Origin: Gemmatimonadota bacterium
GTDB taxonomy: Bacteria; Gemmatimonadota; Gemmatimonadetes; Gemmatimonadales; GWC2-71-9
Direction of reading: 5' to 3'
Assembly: GCA_003220795.1 (NCBI GenBank)
Contig: QHTK01000044.1
Location: 14,673-78,672 of the forward strand
Length of the DNA: 64,000 nt
The position numbers and the translations under genes were made by a program. Below are positions 12,051-20,763 of this stretch, piece by piece; position 1 is the stretch's first letter, and every line of letters begins with the position of its first letter. The notes beneath the pieces were generated by a model, which did not search any database, was not told the DNA's origin, and saw only the letters and a program-made list of their open reading frames with translations.

Positions 12051-12644
12051 TTAGCGGGCGGCCACCCCCTCCAGCACCAGCTTCACGGCGGCTTCCTTCC
12101 AGCGCTCGCGCAGCGCGGGCTCGTCCGCGCCGAGCGGCGGCGCGCTCGCCGCTATCAGGGACTCGAGGCCGAGGTATGCGACCATCAGCACCAGCGCTTG
12201 CGCCGCCGCTAGGTGAGGGTCCACGTCGTCCCGCACCTGACCCCGCCCCTGACCTTCCGCGAGCAGGATGACCAAGCGCTTGATCGCCGGCGCGAACGGG
12301 CGCGCGTCGGATCGGCCGGCTTGCGTGAGCAGCGTGACGAGGTCGGGATGGGCGGCGAGGAAGTCGAACTGCGCCGCCAGGGCGCCGGCAATGCGATCGA
12401 GCGGGCCGTCCCCGGCGATGGCGAGCGAGCCGAGCGCCTGCTCCAGCTGGGCGGCGCCACGCGTTAGCACGGCATTGAACAGCCCGCGCTTGGAGTGAAA
12501 GTAGTAGAACAACAGCTGCTTGTTGACGCCGGCCCGCCGGGCAATGTCGTCTACCCGCGCGCCGTCGAAGCCGCGTCTCGCGAACTCGTCTTGGGCAGCG
12601 GTGATGATCCGTAATGCTCTGGGGTTGCTGAGCTTAGGTTTCAG
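12051..12644 (-). CDS. TetR/AcrR family regulator (start uncertain: CTG 12644, or a frameshifted ATG at 12652)
   Basis: The frame extends upstream of the listed ORF and gives the complete HTH RIITAAQDEFARRGFDGARVDDIARRAGVNKQLLFYYFHSK. Confidence 0.85.
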   Translation of the reverse strand: MKPKLSNPRALRIITAAQDEFARRGFDGARVDDIARRAGVNKQLLFYYFHSKRGLFNAVLTRGAAQLEQALGSLAIAGDGPLDRIAGALAAQFDFLAAHPDLVTLLTQAGRSDARPFAPAIKRLVILLAEGQGRGQVRDDVDPHLAAAQALVLMVAYLGLESLIAASAPPLGADEPALRERWKEAAVKLVLEGVAAR

Positions 12645-12656
12645 GGCGTCATTTTC

Positions 12657-13646
12657 TCAACCATATGGTTGATGAAATCTACACTTCCCGTCATGGGGGC
12701 GCCACCCCGCCCACGCGAGGTTCCCCGGAACCCGGGGCAAGCCCTCCTCGAGGAACTTGATCACCAGCCGATTCACCTCGTCGGGCACTTCTTCCTGCAC
12801 CGAGTGCCCGGCGTGCCGCACCGAAAGGAACGCCGACCGATTGAGCTGAGCCGCCAGCGCCCGGCCCAAGGCGATGGGGATCCACCGGTCAGCCTCACCC
12901 CACAGCACCAGGGTGGGCGCGCCGATGGCGTCGAGGCGCCCCTCCAGCCCACCGAAACGGAACTCGCGCAACACGCCCCGCAGCGCGCGGCCGTAGGCGG
13001 CCTCGGCCACCGGCGCGTAATACTGATCGACGTCGGACTCTGTCACCTTGCGGGGGTCGGCGTACGTCGACCTGAGGAGCCGGGCTGCCAGGGCCCGACC
13101 CCGGAATGCGAGCATCAACGGGCCGACCACGGGCCAGCGACCGACCCGGAACAGCAGCGGCTCGCGGGTGCCGAGCCCCGCCGCCGCCATCAGGACGAGT
13201 CCGCGCACGCGCGTCGGGAACGCGATCGCGACTTCCGCAGCGATCTCGCCTCCCATGGAGTGGCCGACCAGCACGGCGTCGGGGAGGTGCAGGGAGTCCA
13301 TCAGCGCGACGACGAGGTGGGCGTAGGCCGCGTTGGTGTAACCGTGCGCCGGCTTGTCGGAGGAGCCGAATCCCAGCAGGTCGAGCGCGACGACCCGGAA
13401 CCCGGCCGCCATGACCGGGGCGAGGTTCTTACGCCAGGCGTACATCGACGCACCGAGACCGTGGATGAAGAGTACCGGCGTTCCTGCGCCGGCATCGATG
13501 TAGCGGATCCTGAGATCGTCGATCCGCGCGAAGTGGGCCGTGAACGGCGTTCCCGTGGGGAACCGTTGGCCGTCTGGAATCGGGGCGGCGCGGCACGCGA
13601 CTCCGAGCGTCACTAGAAGGGCGACCGCGGTGTGACGGCTGCTCAC
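12657..13646 (-). CDS. Alpha/beta-fold hydrolase, probable lipoprotein
   Basis: HGLG, nucleophile elbow GHSMGG, WGEAD, AGH. Lipobox-like LGVAC. GTG 13646 overlaps the upstream TGA. Confidence 0.88.
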   Translation of the reverse strand: MSSRHTAVALLVTLGVACRAAPIPDGQRFPTGTPFTAHFARIDDLRIRYIDAGAGTPVLFIHGLGASMYAWRKNLAPVMAAGFRVVALDLLGFGSSDKPAHGYTNAAYAHLVVALMDSLHLPDAVLVGHSMGGEIAAEVAIAFPTRVRGLVLMAAAGLGTREPLLFRVGRWPVVGPLMLAFRGRALAARLLRSTYADPRKVTESDVDQYYAPVAEAAYGRALRGVLREFRFGGLEGRLDAIGAPTLVLWGEADRWIPIALGRALAAQLNRSAFLSVRHAGHSVQEEVPDEVNRLVIKFLEEGLPRVPGNLAWAGWRPHDGKCRFHQPYG

Positions 13647-14305
13647 GCGAGGTTGCGCAACGCGACCTGGGCGAGCGTGATGAGCAGTGGATGGGAGCTC
13701 CACAGCGCCGTAATCTGCTCGCCCGCGCCCGCGGCGGTCAGGAGCTGGGAGTCATCGATCAACAGTACGGTGGGGGTGGCCGCCGCGACCGTGCCTTTCA
13801 CGATGCCCTCCGTTTCCGCGGACTCGCCCGCGAGCCGGACGTCGATCGCGGCCCGCGTTGCTGCGCGCCGCCACGCAGGGAGGGTGGGGCGCCACAACTC
13901 GGCGCTGAGAATGCCCTGGACGCTCCCGGTCGCCCGGGCGACGAGCTGTTGCACCACGTTCGCCACGGCCCGGGCGCCGGCCACGATCCGGGTCTCGGGC
14001 TCAGCGGGGTGGCTCGCGTCCTGGAGCGCGCGGCTCAGCCGGTCGAGCGCTTCTCCCTGCTCGGCGGCGAGCCGGGCGAGCAATGCGCCGGGGTCGGCGG
14101 GCCGGTAACGGGCCGGGCGCCCGGCTGCGCGCTGCGCGGCCCCCCGGCTGACCAGACCCTCGAGCGCCGCGTACGCGTTCGCTCGGGCGAGCCGCGTGAC
14201 CCGGCCGACGCCGTACCCGGTCGCGGGGCCGAGGCGAAGCAACGCCGAATACACGACCGACTCGGTAGCCGTGAATCTGAACGGGGTGAGGTCGACGGTC
14301 GCCAT
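13643..14305 (-). CDS. TrmB family transcriptional regulator
   Basis: FTATESVVYSALLRLGPATGY..RANAYAALEGLVSRG..PARYRP winged HTH. Confidence 0.85.
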   Translation of the reverse strand: MATVDLTPFRFTATESVVYSALLRLGPATGYGVGRVTRLARANAYAALEGLVSRGAAQRAAGRPARYRPADPGALLARLAAEQGEALDRLSRALQDASHPAEPETRIVAGARAVANVVQQLVARATGSVQGILSAELWRPTLPAWRRAATRAAIDVRLAGESAETEGIVKGTVAAATPTVLLIDDSQLLTAAGAGEQITALWSSHPLLITLAQVALRNLA

Positions 14306-14308
14306 ACA

Positions 14309-14328
14309 GTAGTAGTAATTACTACTAC
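14309..14328. promoter_or_regulatory. Perfect 20-bp palindrome, likely TrmB auto-operator
   Basis: GTAGTAGTAATTACTACTAC, AT-rich, 3 nt from the trmB ATG. Confidence 0.7.
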
Positions 14329-14376
14329 GTAATCCCGGCTGCTACCGCAAGATGGCGCTGCCTACTGCGGCCGTGC

Positions 14377-15633
14377 TCAGGCAATCTCGACGGGAAGGCC
14401 CATCAACCGGGCGATCAGCGCCAGCCGGAACGTGACGTCGGTCTGCCGCTGCGCGGGGCTCTTGCCCGGCCCCTCCAGCGGGAAGTAATGGGCCGAGACG
14501 GGACTGATCGCCTTCGGCAACGCCCGCAGGCTCTTGGGGCTCCAGATCCCCTGCTCGTCGCACTCATTGAAGAGCCGCGCCAGCACGCGGCCGGCGCTCG
14601 GGATATTGCGTACCAGCCCGAGCCGGGTCAGAAGCTCGAGCCAGTACAGGGCGAACGGAACGTCGCTGATGTGGCCCTGGGCGTCCGAGCGCAGCGGGTC
14701 GCCCAGCAGCTCGAAGATCGGCTTGAACAGCTTCTTGCCGGCCAGGATGAAAAACGCACGGCGGGGCGCCGGGGTGGAGAAGTATTGCCCGAGCCGCTCG
14801 ATGAATCCCGCACGCTCCCGCTGCACCGGCGGGAGGAAGGCGAGCATCTCGACGGCGAAGACCGTGGGTGGGTAGGCCGCGGGCTCGAGCACCGTCCTGC
14901 CTTGCGCCTTCTTGAAGGGCTTGACCGCTAGCTCGCTCCGCAGGTACTGGGAGATGTTGCTGGCGATCGTGTGCGCGGTCCCGCGCACGCGCGGGTCGTC
15001 GATGTGGCCGGCCCGCGCGAGGGCGCATGCCGCCGCTTCCCGGCCCAGCCGCCGCGCCCAGCGCCCCAGCCCCGCGTCGGACTTGGCTGGCTTCTGATAC
15101 TCGATCAGCAGCTCCTGCGCCCGTTGCGCGACTCCACGGTCGGGGTCGTCCGGCTCGATGCGTGACAGCAGCTGGAATAACAAGCGGTCCGCCAGTCGGA
15201 ACGGCCGCTCGGTCGGGGGCCAGCCCAGCTCGATCAAGCGCCGGTACTGATAGACCGTGCCCGGCTCGCTCCAGCCGTGCGCTTTCGAGGCCACGGGCCC
15301 GAGCAGGTTGCCTCCCCACAGCCCCGTGGGCTTCTGCTTCCGCGCGATCGCCTGGGCGACCTTGTACTCGACCACCGCTTGGCGCAGCGCCGCGAGTCGC
15401 TCCGGATCGCGGTCGCTCTCGCGCACAACTTCGGCATACGCCCGATACTGAAGCGGTGGGCTCGCGGCCTCGAGCAGCCAGGACAAGGGGAACCGATGCG
15501 ACGTCGGGAGTTCCAGGGTGCTCGCTCCGCGGTGACGAGTGCGGCAGACCCGGCTGTCAAAAAGCGGCGCAAACCTAGTCGGCGGCGTCCCAATCGGCCA
15601 GAGGCCCTCGGGCGCTGACCAGCCCGCCATCAA
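14377..15633 (-). CDS. Conserved hypothetical helical protein, possibly prenyltransferase/terpene-cyclase-like toroid. Start may be CTG 15516.
   Basis: Long ORF with genome-typical codon use and QW-like motifs KQKPTGLW and CDEQGIW. Confidence 0.6.
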   Translation of the reverse strand: MMAGWSAPEGLWPIGTPPTRFAPLFDSRVCRTRHRGASTLELPTSHRFPLSWLLEAASPPLQYRAYAEVVRESDRDPERLAALRQAVVEYKVAQAIARKQKPTGLWGGNLLGPVASKAHGWSEPGTVYQYRRLIELGWPPTERPFRLADRLLFQLLSRIEPDDPDRGVAQRAQELLIEYQKPAKSDAGLGRWARRLGREAAACALARAGHIDDPRVRGTAHTIASNISQYLRSELAVKPFKKAQGRTVLEPAAYPPTVFAVEMLAFLPPVQRERAGFIERLGQYFSTPAPRRAFFILAGKKLFKPIFELLGDPLRSDAQGHISDVPFALYWLELLTRLGLVRNIPSAGRVLARLFNECDEQGIWSPKSLRALPKAISPVSAHYFPLEGPGKSPAQRQTDVTFRLALIARLMGLPVEIA

Positions 15634-15680
15634 TAACTGCTTTTGTCACCGTGCACTAGACGCGCTGCAACGGCTTGCAC

Positions 15681-17324
15681 TCAGGGCACCACTCGGCTGG
15701 TTTGGCGTTGGAACTCGGAGCTCGGGAGCCAGCGCGGCAGCTCCGGGGCGTTCGCGACCGCCAGGGCCAGGCGCATGGTGACACGGACTTCCTGCGCTAG
15801 CCCTGCGTAGCTGAACGTTGCGCGGTACTCATCGCTCGGCTGGTGATAGCGCGTGCGGTTGTAGAGCTCGTCCTGCTCATTCCCCCATCCGGCGGGCCGT
15901 CCCACGAAGTCTCGTCCCGGATGGATCGACAGCGCGGGCACGCCGGCCCGCGCAAACGGGAAATGATCCGAGCGGTAGAACGACCCGCGGACGTCGGGTT
16001 CGTGAATAACGGTGAGCGATTCGAGCTTCGCGGCAGCCTGGAACATTGCCCCGAGCGTGGAACGGTCGATCCCGAGCGCATCGATGTCCCGGGTGGCGCC
16101 GCGTACGTTGGCGACGTCGAGGTTGAGCACGGCGGCCGTGCGCTCGAGCGGTACCAGCGGGCTCGCGACGTACGCCTCGCTCCCGAGCAACCCACTCTCT
16201 TCGGCCGTCGTCGCGACGAACAGCAGCGTGCGTCGCGGTCGCGGGGCCACCTGAGTGAGCGCCTGCGCTGCCGCCAGCAGCGCGGCCACGCCGGACGCGT
16301 TGTCTTCGGCGCCGTTGTAGATCGAGTCGCCATGAATCACGGGGCCGATCCCTTTGTGGTCCCAATGCGCGGTGAACAGCACGACTTGTTTCGCGAGTGT
16401 GGGGTCGCTCCCCGGGAGCTTCGCGACCACGTTCTCCGAGCTGACCCGGCGCACGCCGCTGACGATGTTCACGGCGACGTGCAGACCCGTAGCGACCGGT
16501 CGGAAGTCGCGCCGCGCAGCAGTGCGTGTCAGAGAATCGAGGCTCAAGCCCGCGCGCGCGAGCGCCGCTTGCGCCGCGTCGGCGGTGACCCACCCGGCGA
16601 ACGCGAGGCTCTGCGCCGCCGGGCGGTCGAGCTTGAACTGCTCCACCGACCACGACCCCCGTACCACTTCCCACGGATACGTCGCGCTCTCGGTGGTGTG
16701 GATCAGCAGCGCGCCCAGCGCACCGCGTCGCGCCGCCTCCTCGAGTTTGTAGGTCCAGCGGCCGTAGTAGGTCAGCGCGCGGCCGTTGAACACGGTCGAG
16801 TCTTGCAGCCCAGGGTCGTTCACGAGCATGAGCACGACCTTGCCGCGCACGCCGGTGTCTTTATAGTCGTCCCACCGCCATTCGGGCGCGCGGATGCCAT
16901 AACCCACGAACACCACTTCACCGTCGGCGGTGATCTCGGGGTCCGGTCGCTCGGCCCACGCGACAACGTCGTCGAGATACTTGAGGGACTGCGGTGCGCC
17001 GCTCGGACCCCACACCAGAGAGGGATGAGACGTCAAACCGAGGAGGGCGACCGGCTGAAAGTACGAGCTGTCGGGGCCGGCAGGCTCGAGCCCGAGCGTC
17101 GCGAACTGCGCGGCGATGTATCGGGCGGCGAGCCGGCCGCCCCGCGTGCCGGGGGCGCGTCCCTCGAGCAAGTCGTCGGCGAGGTAACGGATGTGCGCGT
17201 CCATCGCCGCCCCGCTCACCGGTGGCAGGGATGGCGGCGCAGGGGCGGGTCGCTGCCCCCAGAGCGGGGCCTCCAACGTGACGAGCAGCATCGTGACAGC
17301 AAGTCGACATGTCGTGGACAGCAT
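15681..17324 (-). CDS. M28 family metallopeptidase with PA domain
   Basis: LEGRAPG, TAHWDH, NGAEDNASG, TAEESGLLGS, RSDHFPF, YHQPSD, plus a signal peptide. Confidence 0.92.
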   Translation of the reverse strand: MLSTTCRLAVTMLLVTLEAPLWGQRPAPAPPSLPPVSGAAMDAHIRYLADDLLEGRAPGTRGGRLAARYIAAQFATLGLEPAGPDSSYFQPVALLGLTSHPSLVWGPSGAPQSLKYLDDVVAWAERPDPEITADGEVVFVGYGIRAPEWRWDDYKDTGVRGKVVLMLVNDPGLQDSTVFNGRALTYYGRWTYKLEEAARRGALGALLIHTTESATYPWEVVRGSWSVEQFKLDRPAAQSLAFAGWVTADAAQAALARAGLSLDSLTRTAARRDFRPVATGLHVAVNIVSGVRRVSSENVVAKLPGSDPTLAKQVVLFTAHWDHKGIGPVIHGDSIYNGAEDNASGVAALLAAAQALTQVAPRPRRTLLFVATTAEESGLLGSEAYVASPLVPLERTAAVLNLDVANVRGATRDIDALGIDRSTLGAMFQAAAKLESLTVIHEPDVRGSFYRSDHFPFARAGVPALSIHPGRDFVGRPAGWGNEQDELYNRTRYHQPSDEYRATFSYAGLAQEVRVTMRLALAVANAPELPRWLPSSEFQRQTSRVVP

Positions 17325-17380
17325 CGCGTTTCTCCTGATTCGCCTTGCTCGGCACCGAGCGAGCGGTGCAATTTTCGCTC

Positions 17381-19414
17381 ATGTTGCAAGCGTTGCAGTC
17401 CCGCCGGGTCGAGCGACTCCCCGATCTCGTCCGGCTCCAGGGCCGCATCCTGTTTCTGACTGAAGAACCTGCGCTCGTCCGCACCCAACTCGACGGGCAA
17501 GACCTGGACTGGACCCCCGCCAGCAAGCTACGCGACAACATCTCGACCGACGAGATCACCCCTGCCTACATCTGCTACTACTACGACGAAACCCTCGGCG
17601 ACTTCCCCTACCTCGGCTTGAAGTGCGGCGAAGAGTTCCCGATCGCCCGGGGGTCGGTGAAGCGCGGCGGCTTCGTCGCCTCGGTCAGCGGCCAACGACG
17701 GGGCAAGGGCTCGTCGCGCGAGCAGTCTCCCTACGCCGAGATGTGCGCCGGCATCAAGCTGGTGGTGGCCGAGAACATCGAGCGGATCTACCGGGAGAAC
17801 TGCCAGAACCTGGGCGTCCTCACGACCACCGACTTCTCGATCATCGACCGGGTGCGGCGGGGCGAGGCGATCCCGCTCGCGGCCTTCACCCAGGGTGAGG
17901 GTGAGATCACACGTGGTATCATCGAGTACGGGGGGCTGTTCAACTTCAACGTCGCCCGGCTCCAGGGCAAGGTCGTGCTCGCGCCGCCCCGGACAGCCGG
18001 GCGGCCCATGACGCTCGGCGAAAAGATCATCGCGCGCCACTGGGTGGTCGACCCCGCGCGCGGCAAGATCGGCGTGCCCGCCGTCAAGCCGGGAGACGAA
18101 GGATTCGTGGTCACCGACATCCGGTTCAGCCACGAATACGTGACCCCGATGGCGGCGATCTTCTTCGAGCAACTCGTGGGCCACGAGGAGCAGGTGGTCG
18201 ATCCCGGCTCCATCCTCATGTTTCGCGATCACCTCACGTTCCTTCCCGAAGCGATGACCCCCGAGCGCGTTAAGGAGGGGCTGCTCGAGGTAGCGCTGCA
18301 GCTCGAAAAGAAGCAGCGCGCCTTCGCCCAGAAACAGGGAATCAAGCTGTACGGCGAGCTACGCCTCGGCCACCATGGTGGCGCACGGGGCTCGGAGGCG
18401 ATCTGCCACTCCAAGATCCTCGAGGGACATGCGGAGCCCGGCATGGTGATTATCGGCTCGGACTCGCACACGCCCCATGCCGGTGCGGTCGGGTGTGTCG
18501 CATTCGGCGTGGGAACGACCGCGATCTTCAATTCCTGGATCACGAAGGACGTGCGGCTCACCGTTCCTGAAACCGTGAGGATCGTGGTGCGCGGCAGGAA
18601 GCCGGACAACGTGACGGCCAAGGACTTCATGCTCGAAGTGTTGCGCCAGCCGTACGTGAAGAGCGGCCGCGCCATCGGCAAGCTGGTGGAATACTGTGGG
18701 GATGCTGTCGAATCGCTGTCAGTAGACGAGCGCGCCACCATGACCAACATGACAGCGGAGGTAGGAGGTTTTACCGGCTACGTGGCTCCGGACGGGAAGA
18801 CGGTTGAGTATCTCGTGGCATATCGCGGCATGCCGCGCGGCGAGGCCGAGCGGTTGTGTGCCGGTTTGGCGAGCGACGCCGGCGCCGAGTATTGCGAGGT
18901 CATCGAGATCGACGCCGCCGCGATTCGGCCGATGATGGCGCTCCCCGGCGATCCCGGGAACGGCCAGTACATCGACGCCGCGGCGCGGATCCGCGTGGAC
19001 ATCGCGTACGCCGGCTCGTGCACCGCGGGCAAGAAGGAAGACATGGACATGTATGCCCGGGTGCTGGCGGAGGCGGCGGAGCGAGGGGCGCGCGTCGCCC
19101 CGTGGGTGCGGTTCTACATTCAGTGCGGATCGCAGGACGTGAAGCGCTACTGCGAGGAGCGGGGCTACCTCGAGCTGTTCCAGAAGGTCGGAGCGACGTT
19201 CCTCGAGCCCTCGTGCGGCGCCTGTATCAACGCGGGGCCCGGCGTGTCGAAAACGCGGGACGAAGTGACCATCAGCGCGATCAACCGAAACTTTCCCGGC
19301 CGCTCGGGTCCGGGGCAGCTCTACCTCGCCAACCCGTACAGCGTCGCGGCGTCTGCCATCACCGGTTACATCACCGAGTGGCAGCCCGGGATGGCGCTGG
19401 CTCCTGTCGAGTGA
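17381..19414 (+). CDS. Aconitase-family hydratase, fused LeuD-like swivel domain + LeuC-like Fe-S domain
   Basis: NISTDEITP, GKGSSREQ, DSHT, GSCT, CGACI, NRNFPGR. Confidence 0.88.
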   Translation: MLQALQSRRVERLPDLVRLQGRILFLTEEPALVRTQLDGQDLDWTPASKLRDNISTDEITPAYICYYYDETLGDFPYLGLKCGEEFPIARGSVKRGGFVASVSGQRRGKGSSREQSPYAEMCAGIKLVVAENIERIYRENCQNLGVLTTTDFSIIDRVRRGEAIPLAAFTQGEGEITRGIIEYGGLFNFNVARLQGKVVLAPPRTAGRPMTLGEKIIARHWVVDPARGKIGVPAVKPGDEGFVVTDIRFSHEYVTPMAAIFFEQLVGHEEQVVDPGSILMFRDHLTFLPEAMTPERVKEGLLEVALQLEKKQRAFAQKQGIKLYGELRLGHHGGARGSEAICHSKILEGHAEPGMVIIGSDSHTPHAGAVGCVAFGVGTTAIFNSWITKDVRLTVPETVRIVVRGRKPDNVTAKDFMLEVLRQPYVKSGRAIGKLVEYCGDAVESLSVDERATMTNMTAEVGGFTGYVAPDGKTVEYLVAYRGMPRGEAERLCAGLASDAGAEYCEVIEIDAAAIRPMMALPGDPGNGQYIDAAARIRVDIAYAGSCTAGKKEDMDMYARVLAEAAERGARVAPWVRFYIQCGSQDVKRYCEERGYLELFQKVGATFLEPSCGACINAGPGVSKTRDEVTISAINRNFPGRSGPGQLYLANPYSVAASAITGYITEWQPGMALAPVE

Positions 19415-19450
19415 ACTCCCCGGCCTAACGGCTGGGGCTAATGGCCGGGG

Positions 19451-20710
19451 CTAACGACCGCCGGTCGTGCTGGAGAGGTCCCGGCCGGCGGACCGCTCGC
19501 CGCTGTGCTTGGGACGAAGCGACTCGCGCTGGTACACGCTGCGCGGGTTCCACAGCACCCACGACGTGATGCCCAAGTCTTCCGCCGCGCGGATCTGATC
19601 GCGGATTTGTGATGGCGCGTAGCGAGGCAGCCGGCGGCCGAGCGTGAACGCCTGCAAGAACGGCCGGATCTCCGCGGCGGCGGGGTGCGGCCGCGAGCGC
19701 TGGAGGGCGTCGCTCAAGGCGTATCGGACGACGCGATAAGGCTCGCCGTTGGGCCACGCCAGGCCGAAGGCGCCGCGATAGTAGTGACTGGGATAGACCA
19801 TCGGCAGCACCACGTCCGCGACGTTGATGAAATCTTCCCACACCTGGCCGATGCCGAGGTCGCCGGTCGTCGCCGAGGCGGTGAGGCCGAAGATGTCGAA
19901 CGTGACCGGGACGCCGAGCGGCCTGAGGCGGTTCCGGAGCAGCGTGATGTGCTCGCGCACCGCCTCGCGCTGCGTTTCTCCATGGTGGGCCGGAAAGATC
20001 GCCGTCGCCATACGCTCGCGCGGCTCGTCGGGGAAGCGTACGTAATCGAACTGCACCTCGCTGAACCCCAACCGCACGGCTTCCGCGGCCAACTGGGCCG
20101 AGTAGATCCACACGGAATCGTTGTACGCATCCACCCAGGCGCTGTGGATCCGGTCGCGCCACAGCCCACCGGTGGTGCGATCCTTCACCGACCAGCTGGG
20201 CTTGCGCTCCGCGAGCAACGGGTCCTTCGCGACCACGATGCGGGCGATCGCGTAGATCCCGTGGGCCGCCAGCGTGTCGAGCCGCGCCTTCGCGTCCTTG
20301 GCGCGGGTGCACGCGTTCGCGCCGATCTGCTGGGCGGTGGGAACGGCCGATGGATACAGCAGGCAGCCGGTGTCGTCCTTCACGTCCACGACGAAGGCAT
20401 TGATCTCGGTCTCGTCGGCCAGCCGCACGAGGTGCCACAGCTTCGGCGATCCGAACGCCCAGGCATTCACGTACAACCCTTTGATCGCCGACGTCTGCGG
20501 GACGAGGAGCGTCTCCTGCTGCACGTAGCGCAGCTCGATCGGTCGCAGCGTTACGTGGGCTTGATCGGCGGGCGCCGGCGGCAGCGCGCCCGGCACTTCC
20601 GGCGGTGCGGGGGGCGCGGGCGGCGGCGGCACGCTATCCTGCGCAAAAAGGCCGCGACTCATGAAGAGCGCGGCCAGCAAGAGGGCACTCGCCTGCCGGA
20701 CCACAGCCAT
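19451..20710 (-). CDS. Putative glycoside hydrolase (DUF4015-like)
   Basis: KGLYV, INAFVVDVKDDTG, IARIVVAKD, EVQFDYVRFP, PMVYPSHY, signal peptide. Confidence 0.8.
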   Translation of the reverse strand: MAVVRQASALLLAALFMSRGLFAQDSVPPPPAPPAPPEVPGALPPAPADQAHVTLRPIELRYVQQETLLVPQTSAIKGLYVNAWAFGSPKLWHLVRLADETEINAFVVDVKDDTGCLLYPSAVPTAQQIGANACTRAKDAKARLDTLAAHGIYAIARIVVAKDPLLAERKPSWSVKDRTTGGLWRDRIHSAWVDAYNDSVWIYSAQLAAEAVRLGFSEVQFDYVRFPDEPRERMATAIFPAHHGETQREAVREHITLLRNRLRPLGVPVTFDIFGLTASATTGDLGIGQVWEDFINVADVVLPMVYPSHYYRGAFGLAWPNGEPYRVVRYALSDALQRSRPHPAAAEIRPFLQAFTLGRRLPRYAPSQIRDQIRAAEDLGITSWVLWNPRSVYQRESLRPKHSGERSAGRDLSSTTGGR

Positions 20711-20763
20711 AGGGGGCTACACGATAGGAATCCCCGGTCAACCAGACAAGAGACGGGGATCAC

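Noticed and set aside
19418-19455. CCCCGGCC / GGCCGGGG stem between convergent genes as a terminator
   Set aside because: Long loop and no U-tract, too weak to call.
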